DNA of 63,106 nucleotides, filler included, from Bonamia ostreae (Eukaryota): NCBI GenBank assembly GCA_040357525.1. It is 27 parts of 27 records of this genome, joined end to end, with 100 filler letters (N's around TTAATTAATTAA, not from the genome) between each part and the next. Parts side by side here need not be neighbours in the genome. Positions count along the whole stretch, not along the records: positions 37,591 to 39,826 come from JBDODL010000952.1; positions 39,927 to 42,162 come from JBDODL010000953.1; positions 42,263 to 44,493 come from JBDODL010000954.1; positions 44,594 to 46,824 come from JBDODL010000955.1; positions 46,925 to 49,154 come from JBDODL010000956.1; positions 49,255 to 51,484 come from JBDODL010000957.1; 21 more parts are not named here. One strand, 5' to 3'. Shown piece by piece: positions 38,077 to 50,345 of this stretch (position 1 is its first letter; each line of letters starts with the position of its first letter). The notes under the pieces were generated by a model. It saw only the letters and a program-made list of their open reading frames with translations, ran no database searches and was not told where the DNA came from. The position numbers and the translations under genes were made by a program.

Positions 38077-39065
38077 ATGGAAACTTTCGTCGCCAGAAAA
38101 CCAAAAAGCGTTTTCCAGTTTGACGCAAAACTGGGGCCAACCGAATATGCACCGCCTCCGCCGACCCCGCCGCGAAACCAAACAGCAAAACTCAACCAAA
38201 AACCGCTCAAAAAATATTCGAGACTTCACAAATTCGTTTTTTCTCGATATCCCAAATCCAAAGATCGTCACAAAAGAGAAAATGGATAAAATAGCTTTAA
38301 AGCTAAACAAATGGGAATCCGACATCCGCGGCAAAACTCCCTCGCGGATGAACAAAAAACATCTCTTCGTCTGCAAAACCCTTCTAGATCTCATCATCAA
38401 AACGGTTTTTTCCCCAAAATACCAAACCAGAAAAAAGAACTGCTTTTCACGAAGAAACTGAGTCCTTCGCTTCTAAACAGTCTCAAAAAAATCAATAATT
38501 GGATGACCATTTTCAACTCCGCCACAAAAAACAGCGAGGCGGACGAGAACGAACCGACTCCGAATCACGTAAAAATCGGTTCTGACAAATTGGTCTTTTT
38601 AAACGCCGAAAACCGTTTTCCTGAGAAAAGTGGGAAGAAGTGCGGGGAGAAACTTCAAAACGAAATTGATTTTTTAGAAAAGTGTGGATTAAAGTTCCGA
38701 ATAAAAAATGTCAAAGACGATTTGACCGTTCTCTCACTTTTCGAATGTTTTTTTGTTTACCAGCAAAATGCAAATTTTTTTATTATAGACCCGATTTCGA
38801 GAAGAATCGCAGAGTGCCCGATATTGAAATTGAAAGTCGGAAAACCAAACAGCAAAAACATCAAATTTGGCTCAATCGAATTCAGTTTTTGAACTAATTT
38901 AAAGGCGAAAAAACAGATTTTCCGACATCGTTTAAGCGCAAATTGGAATTCGTTTTCAGGCGCGAATATTCTAATGCGAGCAAATTTGATTTGTTCGAAA
39001 TTTCAATGGCGTTTTCGCGTTTGGTTGAAAAATGTTATCGTTATAAGCTCTTCAGAGATATTTAA
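38077..39065 (+). CDS. Hypothetical protein, four exons
   Basis: Introns 38236-38263 (28 nt), 38405-38430 (26 nt) and 38885-38904 (20 nt) join three overlapping ORFs into one frame. Confidence 0.7.
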
Positions 39066-39172
39066 TAAAATTCTGTAATTTTGGTCAATTTTTAAATATT
39101 AAAGTCTCAATAATTCGCAAATAGCGATTTGTCAAATATAAAAATTTTTGGTGCAACAAAAAATAAAAAAAT

Positions 39173-39790
39173 CCATTTTTTATACAATGTGGACAAGAAC
39201 ACATCTTGCAACACTGCGGGCAAAGCCATTCTTCTATAAAGCTAAAATCAGAATGAAAACTAGACATATTCCGTAGTCGCCAAAAAAGCGGGAAAATTCA
39301 GGTCCACACATTCGACGCAGTAGAAATTTCTGCACTTAAAATTTTTTTAAAATTGATCAAAATCAAGCAATATTTTCTCGGTTTTTACGTAAACTTTGCA
39401 AAAATTTGCTGAAATGGTCGACTAAGTTAATGTTTTAGATAAATTATCTAATCTTGATCTACAATAAAATAATTTGGAATGTCCGAAGATATTTTGATGT
39501 CGGATGGAAAATAGAAACTATCGTTTTGTTTCTGCAAGAAAACATTTTGTTCTTCTGTTTAAAATGACAGCAATTGTGGCATTGCGCTTTAGCCAATTGA
39601 TCTTTGATCTAAACTAGATTAGTGAAACCACAAGGATGTCCTCTCGGTTTAATTTTGGCGGGTCCATTGCAATTCGATTTTTGTGGCAATTCTTTGTATA
39701 CCTTGTGGCGACCTTTTTATAAGTGAGAGATAACTTTATTTTCGCTTTTTGGTTCAGTATTGGAAAACAAGACCGTGTTTCAGTTGATTC
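39173..39790 (-). CDS. zf-4CXXC_R1 domain protein, partial
   Basis: Spliced QCHNC...FSC...CRNFYCVECV...EWLCPQCCKMCSCPHC; includes a 19-nt intron at 39242-39260. Confidence 0.75.
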
Positions 39791-39926
39791 AATTGACCAA
39801 ATTTACAGAAAAACTTTTCAATAAAANNNNNNNNNNNNNNNNNNNNNNNNNNNNNNNNNNNNNNNNNNNNTTAATTAATTAANNNNNNNNNNNNNNNNNN
39901 NNNNNNNNNNNNNNNNNNNNNNNNNN

Positions 39927-40238
39927 AAAATAACCAAGATCAGGTGAAAGTTTTCCATTGCACATTGTTTTGTTTTTCATATCATATTTTGGAAAAGTTA
40001 TCAATTCTGGCTTATTTCCCTTCATTTGGCACATAACAAAAACAATTAATTTTGTTCCATCTTCACATTTTGCTTCAACCCCCGTATCAACAAAAATAGC
40101 ATCTTGAGGATTTTCATTTTCTGCAGTAGCAACCATTATTGAGTTATCGAAATAACTGGGTACGACGCATTGTTTTCTGACAACCGACAAATTTGCGATT
40201 GTCGTTAAAAACAAAAAATTCATTAATAGAAAAGACAT
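39927..40238 (-). CDS. Secreted or surface Cys-containing protein, sushi-like, 3' partial
   Basis: Signal peptide followed by C..P...C.DG....C...C spacing. Confidence 0.55.
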
Positions 40239-40627
40239 TATTGGGTTTAGTATATTTATTTTTTAATTTTTGTCCAAGCCCTGTTTTATTTTAATATTGC
40301 ATTAATTTTTAAATTTTCGCAATTTTAAAATTTTCTTAAACAAAAAATTCCTTTAAACGTTAAAATCGAATTACGGTTTAATAAATATCGCGCAAAATAT
40401 AAATAATGGTTCAGCGCAAAATTTGAAAAAATAAAAAAACCGCCCTTTTTCAAAAAATTAAAAAATTTTAGAAAATAATTGAATGAAAATAAGGAAGAAT
40501 GGAGATCTATAAATTTTCTTGAACCAAACAGAATCTAGTTTGTAATTTACAGCAAATAACTTTATTTTGAGAAGAAAAATGGAACTTGTTATTTCTAATA
40601 AATTTAGAAATCAAAAACACAAAAAAT

Positions 40628-42162
40628 TTAATCTTCAAAAACACTTTCGATTTGTTTAATTCTGCTTCCAAATTGAACAGCCCGTTTGACCAAATAGCAA
40701 CTCTTCTTCAATCCCAATTTAAAAGCCAACATTCTCAATATCATCTTGTCTCCAACGCCCTTTTCTAATTCCAAATCAAATTTCGACTCCATTTCCAAAT
40801 TTTTTTATAAAACTTGTGACTTTGTTCGATAAATAGGGATAAAAAATCTTTTTTCCGTTAAAACTTGTTATTCTATCCGCGATAGCTTTATTTTTTATAA
40901 ATTTTGTCGATTGAACAAAAATTGCGAAAAATTGTTCATTTAATGCAATTTGTTCATTTAATGTAATTTAGCTACGTCAACAGATATTTTGTTCTAAAAC
41001 CTAAATTGCGACTCCAAAGCAAATCAATATCTTTATCAATTTCATTTTTCAACAAATTTTTATTTTTTGTGTTCTCAAAAATATTTCGGTGGCGTAAATA
41101 TCCTCCCAAATATTCATCCGGTCCCAAACCACTTATGAACACTTCTGGACATATATCTTCATTTCCAATTTTTACAAAATCGATTTCTTTCCATATTTCA
41201 GTGTGTTTTTTTATATCACCAAAACCGCTTAAATTGACCTCACTTTGGCCTAAAAACTGATTTTTGATGTTCCGATCTTTTGGAACAATTTTTTTAAAAT
41301 GCACGCCATATCTGCAGGTCTTTGACGCCAAATATTTTTTTGGAGTATTTGTAACAATAAACGAATTATTGTTACCGACCGAGTTAACTGCGAAAAACAA
41401 AACAGTGGCGATATTTAACGACATTTTATCGTTTTTCGGAAAAACTAATTTTTTAATCAATTCTTTCTTTTGCGAAACCATTTTTTCGGTAACATCGATA
41501 CAAATTAAACGCCATTTAATTAAAGGGAAAAGCGATTTTAATTCGATGAGACCATTTATTGAAGTTATTCTGTCGGGTGCTTCGATGTTGATGTGGCAAC
41601 CGTTTTTTTCTTCGATATTTTGTTTTTTGAAAAAAGAGACGTTTATTAGATCGATAAAGACATTTGAAGAAAGTTGACCAATCTTTGCAAAAATTGCGGC
41701 TAAAACGATGGAATCCAAACCGCCTGAAAATAGAAGAGCGATTGATTTTTTGTCATCCAAAAATTTTGTTATCTTCTTCAATTCGTTTTTTAAAAGGTTT
41801 GTCAAAATTTTTATTTTGTCTTCTAAAAAATTTTTTGGGCATGTCAATTCGGGTGCAACAACAAAATTTTTTAATGTAAAAAAATTCAATTTTTTCATAA
41901 AAATGTTTTCCATGTTAAAATCTATTTCGTATAGAATGTTTGGAGGTGCTTCAAAAGTCGAGTTTCCGTTATTAATGGAATGGGATTGCAGATTTAGCGT
42001 ATTTTTATCACTTTTTGAAATAAAATTTATTTAAACAATTTTAGTAGCAATGATTTGGTACCGATCATATCTTTAGAAAAGAATAACTTTTGGTTCGCCG
42101 AATCCCAAAAAATGAAAATTTGAGGAGTTTTTATAAAATTGAATAAAGATTTAACGCTATTT
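40628..42162 (-). CDS. ASNSD1: Asparagine synthetase domain-containing protein 1, 5' partial
   Basis: LLFSGGLDS; IDLINVSF; APDRIT; GLGPDEYLGGY.RHR; GDKMILR...KRAVQFGSRI. Confidence 0.9.
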
Positions 42163-42712
42163 NNNNNNNNNNNNNNNNNNNNNNNNNNNNNNNNNNNNNN
42201 NNNNNNTTAATTAATTAANNNNNNNNNNNNNNNNNNNNNNNNNNNNNNNNNNNNNNNNNNNNTGTACACGGAGACTAAGCAATGATTTTTTTTTATGAAA
42301 TGTTGTAATGTTAAAAAAAAATATTTACCATGTACAGTCAGTAAAAATTTTCAATTTGATCCGAGTGAACACCTAAACAATGTTTATTGCGAAAATACAT
42401 AAGTTTACGTTTCTAATGTATTTTGCCTTTAATTAATTGGAATGATAACCATTTCCTGAGGAATGTAATTAACTAGTAAACAACAGTCGTAGGAATACAA
42501 AATTACTCGTTACATATAGTACTTCTGTTTCAAAGGTTGGAAATTCCATCAGAAATAAAAGCAAAATGTAAATAAATTCATTTAACAAAGACATATATTG
42601 ATTTTGACAACTAGGATGTTCATATCTACACCTGTTATTTCGCATTTCAATGTAAATCAAAGTTTCATTCGTTAAGTATGGTAATGTTTTCATTCATTTG
42701 AAAAGCTTCCAG

Positions 42713-43861
42713 AGATACTAAAATCAATAATTCATCTGCAACTGGACAACGATATGCCATGCTTTGATCCACGAGAAGTTATATTCATAACAAATAAGTG
42801 GGATACCATTACAAGCTCAACTGACGATAGCAGCGATGAAGATGAAGAGAGAAAGACATGGAATACTGTTATGACGAATATTAAGGAACAATGGCCGGCA
42901 GTGAAAGTGGAAAATATTTTCAAAATGAACCTAAAGGATGTAAATATCATTCAGCTATTTGTATTATTCTTATTATTGTCATTATCATTATTTCAATAAT
43001 ATCGACTTTATTCAAGAGATATCAAAAGAGTTGTCTACGTGTTACGAGTGTATGCAAGTATGTTTAGTGTAATATATATGAAAATGATACAGTACATAGA
43101 ATACACCATACAACATTCTTGTTCACATTGAAGATGTTAACGATGGTGTGGATGTGATGCGTGTCAATCAACAACCATTTTCTGTTTTTCTTTCATGCTT
43201 AGGGTATCGACAAGCTGAGGTAGAATCCCATTTGTGTCACCAAGCTCCCACTTGCGTGATAGGTGTAAAATACACGACACGCGCACGTTTTTTTGGTGTT
43301 TATTCAATATTCAGTGTAAATATTAATTATTTCCATAACACATATTTTACAGGTATAAACTTGTCTTGATTATCGTTTTCCATTTCCCCTTGCATTCTCA
43401 GTATGTATATTGGAGCATATATGACCATTTTAACGATATAGACCGATTTACTGTCGATTTTGCAATGCTAAAACGGGGCACTCAGCAAGTTATGGTATTA
43501 CTGAAAAAAAACACTATTATATTGAAATTAAGTACCAGAAGATGCAAACCTTTGGAATTTATGCAATCTAGATCATTTATAGTCTCTACACATTTAACGG
43601 TTTTAAGTGTATCAAAAAATCATTGTAAACCGCAGGCGTAAATAACCATTTTACAAAAACCTGATAATTGTAATCCATTACAACAAATCTTGAAATATAG
43701 AATTAAGTGTTCTAATTTCAAAGTATATATCTCTGTTTTAATACTTTAAAGGTTGTTCCTGACAAAGAGAATGAATCAAAAAAGGAATTCCAAAAGTTTA
43801 GAGAATGCTTGGAAAAGGTTATCAAGGCAAACGGAAATATCAGAATTTCATACAATGTAAG
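42713..43861 (+). CDS. Host dynamin-like GTPase exons
   Basis: FDPREVIFITNKWD (G4-type motif); exons about 42713-42939 and 43752-43861 separated by an intron of about 800 nt with a GTAAAT donor. Confidence 0.6.
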
Positions 43862-44403
43862 GTACAGTAGCTGTTAATGCTTCTCTTTCCAAATGGCCAG
43901 GTACAAAATACTGCATTCAAGATATCCATTTTCGACTCCTTAGGCGTTACATATAAAACAACGCTTGTTTGCGATATTTTGCATCATTGGAGAATTATTC
44001 GTTCATGTAGAGTCGTCAACAATCTCTGCATTACACCAAGGATCTTAGCAGTGCCGATTTTGTTATTAAACAGTTTACCACTGACCATGATATTCGGTTT
44101 CAAAACAGCTTACCACTGGCCATGATCCTCGATCTCTGTTTCTAAGTTTAGGCTTCAAAAATATGACATATGTTGTCCGAGATTACGGGAAATAGCATGT
44201 ACTACCTATTTTTAACCTTTTAAATAGGACTGTCCTAACACTAATGGTCACGACTGATGCAAAGGAAAGACCTGAAATAGATCACGATATATAAGTGCAA
44301 TGTACTATTACATGCTACAGTATCTAAATGCATATGTAATGTCGATTTACGGACACACAGTACGACTTATACAAGTTCATAAAACTAGTAAATACACAAA
44401 TAA

Positions 44404-44468
44404 ACACACACACACACGCTGACTCTCTCTCTCACACACACATACACACAAACACACATACATACACA
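44404..44468. repeat. Imperfect (CA)n/(CT)n microsatellite
   Basis: Read directly near the contig end. Confidence 0.9.
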
Positions 44469-44593
44469 TTCATGTGTACGGTGTCAAACGGGGNNNNNNN
44501 NNNNNNNNNNNNNNNNNNNNNNNNNNNNNNNNNNNNNTTAATTAATTAANNNNNNNNNNNNNNNNNNNNNNNNNNNNNNNNNNNNNNNNNNNN

Positions 44594-44695
44594 CAAATCA
44601 TAAAAAATCGAGAAGTCTATCGCTGCAAAGAAAATTGTTATACTAACGGCGAAGAACATAAAAGGTTTTAAAAAATGAATCTTTTTATAATGCAT
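44594..44695 (-). CDS. Small 2-TM protein family, copy 1 (5' exon only)
   Basis: MHYKKIHFLKPFMFFAVSITIFFAAIDFSIFYDL, paralogous to copy 2. Confidence 0.7.
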
Positions 44696-45473
44696 TTTGA
44701 TTTGGTTTTATAACGTTTTTTAGCAGTTGATTAATATGTTTACTTACAAAAGGATTTTTGAATTAATTTCCCGTTTATATATTTAATCCCAAAAACTCTA
44801 AAAACAACCCCGACACCTCGTTCCTATGTAAATCTAATTAAAACTAATCAGAACTCAGTTCCTAGTTCCTCTCTCGTTAATGGATGAAACAATAGAACTC
44901 CATTCTCAGATGAAAAGTTCTACTATCTTTATTGATATCAATAGATACCAATCATCTCCAAAATCAACTAGAGAAAAACTTTTTATACAGTGAAACAAGT
45001 GCCACTTAGATCATGCATCAATTAATTGCAGAAAAACATGCAAATTATGCTCAAAAACCACGAACACATAAAGCTATCAAATTTAATCAAGCTTTTACAA
45101 CATTTTATCAAGTTTAAATACCAAATTAAAATTGTTTGAAGCAGTTTTGAAAAACAGCAATGGAAATACATACACAGATCAGACACCTTTGGAAATTTAC
45201 TGGACAATAATGTACAAATTGACAGCAGCATTTGTAAATATTTTTCAGGTATACAAAATCATAACAGGAGCAACTTGGCCGCTATAAAATATAGACTCAC
45301 AAAAATTTGCGTAAAAAGGAATATATTCCAAATTTTCCAAAAAAGATTTAAAGTTAAATTATGATCAAATTTCTCAATTTGCTGATGTTGCAATCTGGGT
45401 AAATGGCAAAGATATGGATACAGTTGAATAAAAGCATAATAAATAATCTTAATTAAAATAAGATTATTGTGTT

Positions 45474-45787
45474 TTAATATGTCACAAACACAGGAGTAGC
45501 TTCTGTCTGTTCTGTTTCTGCGCGATTTTGAATCGTTGCTGCATTATTTTTTTTCGCGAGAACCAATTTCTTTTCTATTTTCAAAATCCAAATGATTGCA
45601 ATTGCTAAACTTGCTAATTTAAAAAGCACTGATCCAATTGCTATAAACACTCGCATTTCTGGAAATTAAAAAGTAAACCTTGTTTCAAATCATATAAAAT
45701 CGCGAAGGCTACGGCTGTCAAGAAAATTATCATAGAAATGACATAGTAAATTAAAGGTTTTAAAAAATGAGTCTTTTTACAAGGCAT
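45474..45787 (-). CDS. Small 2-TM protein family, copy 2 (complete, about 97 aa)
   Basis: MPCKKTHFLKPLIYY...ILYDLKQ|EMRVFI...TPVFVTY*; 20-nt intron 45659-45678. Confidence 0.8.
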
Positions 45788-46239
45788 TTTGATTTGGGTT
45801 TATAATGTTTGTTTAAGCAGTTGATTATGTCCACTTTCAAAAGTATTATTAGTTATGAATTAGTTTCCTGTTTATATGTTTAATCCCTAAAACGGGATTA
45901 TTAGTTATGAATTAGTTTCTCCGTAGAAATTTGATTAAATTTTATTTGCTAAAGAATTTTGTTGGAATCATTTAATTAACGATTTCATTCTGACAAAGAT
46001 TGTCGCGACAAATTTACTTTTTTATTTATAAAATATTTGATCAAATGTCTCCGTTGTCCATTTCATCTTTTGTGGGTATGTCGACGACTCGTTTTCAAAG
46101 ACTCGCCGTTTTAGCATTTTGACCATTTCCAGATAAGATATATTGGAAGTTGTTATTATCAATTATAATTTTTACAGTTTAAAAAAGGAAATGATTTTGA
46201 TTTCTGTAAACCAAAGATATAGATTCGTCCTTTCTATAA

Positions 46240-46420
46240 ACCGATTTTGTTTTGAACTTATCATATTAGTAGACGGCGACTTCTCTTAGAAATCGACACC
46301 AATCGACAACAGTGTCTTTGTCGATCTCAATATCTATTGAAATGTCATCTACAAAGCTGTTGATGGACAACTCAAACATAACAAGAAATTTTTGTCCAAT
46401 GACAATTAAATGGCCAAAAA
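46240..46420 (-). mobile_element. Possible Merlin/IS1595-like transposase relic
   Basis: DIEIDKDTVVDWCRFLREV...NKIG resembles the HTH-to-DDE linker of Merlin/ISXO2 transposases; degraded after that. Confidence 0.4.
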
Positions 46421-46512
46421 AATCAAAATACACAAAGAATACGAGAAAAAGTTCAACGAAAAGAGGCAGAAAAATGAAAAAAAGGTCAATAAATATAAAT
46501 GATGTTTGAGTT

Positions 46513-46824
46513 TTAATATTCCACAAACACAGAAGTACTTTGTGTAACGTCTGTTTCTTTTTTTGTACCTTCTGTTTTTGTATCTTCTGTTTTTTGGGAT
46601 CCTTGAGCACCAGTTTGATTTTCTGACAGTTTTTTCATAGTACAGATGTAAAAGATTATAAATGATACTACAATAAAATCGAATGATGCAGACCATATAA
46701 CCACTTGTAATACTGGAAATTAAAAAGTGAACCTTTGGACAAATCTTTATATAAAATCGTGATGATAAGCATTCCCGCGAAAATTATATTTGCAATGATC
46801 AAGAAAATAGTAGCTTTAGCAAAA
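46513..46824 (-). CDS. Small 2-TM protein family, copy 3 (5' truncated)
   Basis: ...ITILYKDLSK|VLQVVIW...TSVFVEY*; 20-nt intron 46713-46732 at the same position as in copy 2. Confidence 0.78.
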
Positions 46825-47456
46825 NNNNNNNNNNNNNNNNNNNNNNNNNNNNNNNNNNNNNNNNNNNNTTAATTAATTAANNNNNNNNNNNNNNNNNNNN
46901 NNNNNNNNNNNNNNNNNNNNNNNNATCGGTAATCAACCGTACAAAGGGAAGTTGAATTATTGTGTTCTGATTTTTCGCCAATTCTTTTCTGTTTAAATTT
47001 TGAAAAGCCAAACTTTATTTGGCAAAAGCGCCTTTTGCTGACAAAAAAATCTGAGTTCGGAGGGTTTGTCGTTCCAGGCAAATTGGAATGCTTATAAAAA
47101 GGATAATCGTTGCTAAAAAGATCGTCCGCCATTCCAACAAAGCTCCAATTTTATAAAATTTAGCAAAATTGGAAAAATTGGTCGAAAAAATGGGCCGAAA
47201 CCCATCGAAAAATTGCCTTAAAAGGTTTATGTTCGTTTGTAGCAAAACTGCTTCACTTTCGATCATTAACAGTTTATTCTCAAAGACAAGGACTAAATTT
47301 TAATATAACAATCAAATTTATACTCAAAAATTTTTTGAGTTTTTAATGGGATAAATCTTCCAAAATTTTGCTGTGGCTAAAAATTGCTAAAAACTAATTT
47401 TCAACGATAAACATATATCTAGCTAAAAAGTCTGATTTTCGTAAGCCCTGAAATTT

Positions 47457-49084
47457 ATGGAATCGCAAAAAAATGATGAACAGATTATTTCGATAATCAG
47501 ACATTATTTGTCTTGCGACAAACAGAAACATTTTGAAATTGGGCAAAACTTAAAATTTTACATTTTCAGAAGAGCGCCATTAACGTTTGCTCTTGTTGGC
47601 AAAGATGCCATTTTTGTCGCCGATAACTTCTTAAATTCGTTAGAACTCATTCGCGAAATTTTTGTCTCCGAAAATGTAAAAGTCCTAATTTTTAATATAT
47701 TTAAAGTCCAAATATCGCTTCCAAACAATCATTTTTCCGGTAAATTCTTTTCCAATAAAAAATAAAAAAGCGATTTTTCTCTTTTTATAAACAAGCTTTA
47801 AATAAAAATCCGATAGAAATATATGAAAAAAAGTCGTCAGAATGGACGATAATCGCTTCAGTTATTAATACGACAAACTAATAAAAAGGGAACTGAATCG
47901 GCGAACCAAAAATTGGACGAATTTTTAAAATCGTTTTTTGTTCCGAAGAACAGTTTCAACAAAACGATCGGAATCGATTTTAGTGAAAATGACGGTCTCA
48001 TCGTTTCTCATTCTGTTATAAACAAATAGAAATTCGGAGTTGCCTTAATCGATACAAATAAACAAATTTGTCGTTTTGCGGATTTTTCCGATTCAAAATT
48101 ACTTTGCGAACTTGAAGTTCCCATAATTAATCAAAATTTTCAAAAAACGAAAATGCAATTTTGAAATAAAAAGTCGTTGATAATATCACAAAACCCGAAA
48201 GAAGCCATTTTACCGACAAAGTGCAAAAACAGTTTTTTATTGGAAAAAATCCGATCGCTCTTAACAAATTGCGGCGTTGTCGCCACTTTATCAAATTTCG
48301 TAACGAAATCGCCTGAAAACGAAAATTCGGCTTTAAACCAAATTTCAAAAATGGCCGATATCTCATATAACTTGGCGTCAAATTTTGTAAAGTCCGGTGA
48401 ACAAAGCTTATCGTTAATCGCTTTTTATTCGACGTACAAATATCTAGATTTGAATGGATTCCTGTTTCCGTCTGAAAACCGCTTCAACGACATTGAAATC
48501 ACAATAAATGTCAAAACCGAAAACGGAATTTTGAAAAAAGAAAAATGGAAAATGAAATAAATTGGAATAGAAAATCAATTCAGAATGAAAAAAGGAGCAA
48601 TCGAGGCGATGAATCTGTTTAGTTTTGGCCACAAAAATTCAAAATTCGTTTTAAAACAAAAATCGCCAAAATCGATTTTTGAACTTTTGAACAAAACGAA
48701 AACAGCAAATGGCGCCAAATTGTTGAAGAGATTTTTACTGCAACCGCTTTTCGATAAGTCGAAAATTGGTTTTGACAAATCGAATTAAAGAAAAAAGATT
48801 GCAGATCGTTCAATTTTTGTTAGAAAACGGGAAAGAACGAATAAAAATACAAAATGTTTTGAAGAAAGTGCCGAATATTGACAATTTGAGGAAAAAACTG
48901 ATTATCGGAACTTGCAATGTCCAAGTTATTTTTTTGGTATTTGAAGGATTTGGTTGCTTTGTACGATTTTAGTAAAACGACGATTCCAGAAATGGCATCG
49001 GTGCTGAATTTTAAAGAAAATTTATCTTTTGTGGAAAAGTCAGCTATCAGTTCGTTGAAAATGGATGTTCAAAGTCCACTTCAA
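47457..49084 (+). CDS. MSH2: DNA mismatch repair protein MSH2, 5' part
   Basis: GKDAIFVA; KFGVALID...ADFSDS..CELE|SLIISQNPKE; SIFELLNKTKTANGAKLLKRFLLQPL; multiple introns including 48769-48790 and 48925-48946. Confidence 0.9.
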
Positions 49085-49254
49085 GTTGATTATGCAATTT
49101 TAATTTTATTAAAAACTTTTTTTATTGTCTTTATTGATGGAATTTTAAGTCTTANNNNNNNNNNNNNNNNNNNNNNNNNNNNNNNNNNNNNNNNNNNNTT
49201 AATTAATTAANNNNNNNNNNNNNNNNNNNNNNNNNNNNNNNNNNNNNNNNNNNN

Positions 49255-50345
49255 CTCTGACGCGCCCTGCTTTTCCAACAAGTCTCTGACGAATGCTTTT
49301 GATCGGCTTTCCTCCTCTCTGCTGCGCTTGTGGCAGCCCCGGAATCTCGTTGTCGATCAAAGTAGCAATGTGATATTGCAAGATCTCCGAGTTCTCCGAA
49401 AGCACGTGCTCCGGCAACCCGTTCTCTTCCTAAAATTTTTATCCAAACATTCCGCTTCAATGTGTTGTTGAATTTGACGATATCAGCCAACTTGTGCGTC
49501 AGGTCGTCCAGACTAAAGGAAACAGAGTCCAGCCGGACAGCCGGTCGCACCGGCGGCGGCGGAACCGGAAGAACGGTCAGGATGAACCACTCTGGCCGAG
49601 AGAACTCTTTACATGGAAAAGTCAGAAACTGGGATCAAGTCCTATAAGATGGCAGTCGTCGTCGCTGATCTTTGCGAAGACGTCGAAGACTTCTTGTGCG
49701 GAAAGCTCGCGCTTGCGGTCGACCGATTTGTGGGAACTGTAGCCCTCGGGGAAGTCGGCGTTCAAATGCGTCTTTAGTGTTTAAAACAAACCGTCGCCTT
49801 TCTGTAGACGGGTTGGCCATAGCCACAGCCGTTCTGTTTTGGTAAAATTTAGCAAAAACAGCATCGCCGCCGCACTTGCCGATGGCTTTCGACAAGTCGT
49901 ACATCGCTTCGAACTTGGCTTTGTTGCCCCTGACGGCTTGAGTGGCAGCGAACTGCGGCGTTCTGGGGTCGGCCAAGAGGCGGGAACATTTGAAGCAGAC
50001 ACATCGCAGTATTTTCAACGCGACGCCCAAAAAACCGATGTGGAACATCGGACGCGCGAGCTCGACGTGGCCGAAATGGCCAGGGCATTCCGTGCGATTG
50101 CCTTGGCAGCTCTGGCAGAGAAAGCCTTCGTCTAATTTGTGGTCGCGATAAAGGCGGGAGAAACCTGTGGTGCCCATTCTGAGGTCGAGCAGACCGTTTT
50201 CTTTGGGGATGCCCCCCTTTTCGTACGCTGTCGCGGTTTTCACTTCCACCACTGACATGGAGCGCACCTCGTCTGGGTTGAGAATGCCAAATTGGATGTT
50301 CGTTATATCTCTTACTTTTATAGACGAAAGTTCGAATGTGTTCAT
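49255..50345 (-). CDS. RPB1: RNA polymerase II largest subunit, 5' part
   Basis: [64 protein letters not shown]. Five introns: 50132-50164, 49834-49859, 49772-49791, 49607-49629 and 49430-49448. Confidence 0.97.

Noticed and set aside
49255-50345. Frameshifted RPB1, MSH2 and XRCC3 as pseudogenes or programmed frameshifts
   Set aside because: The frame changes are resolved by short GT-AG introns that restore conserved motifs, apart from the one MSH2 junction reported as a finding.
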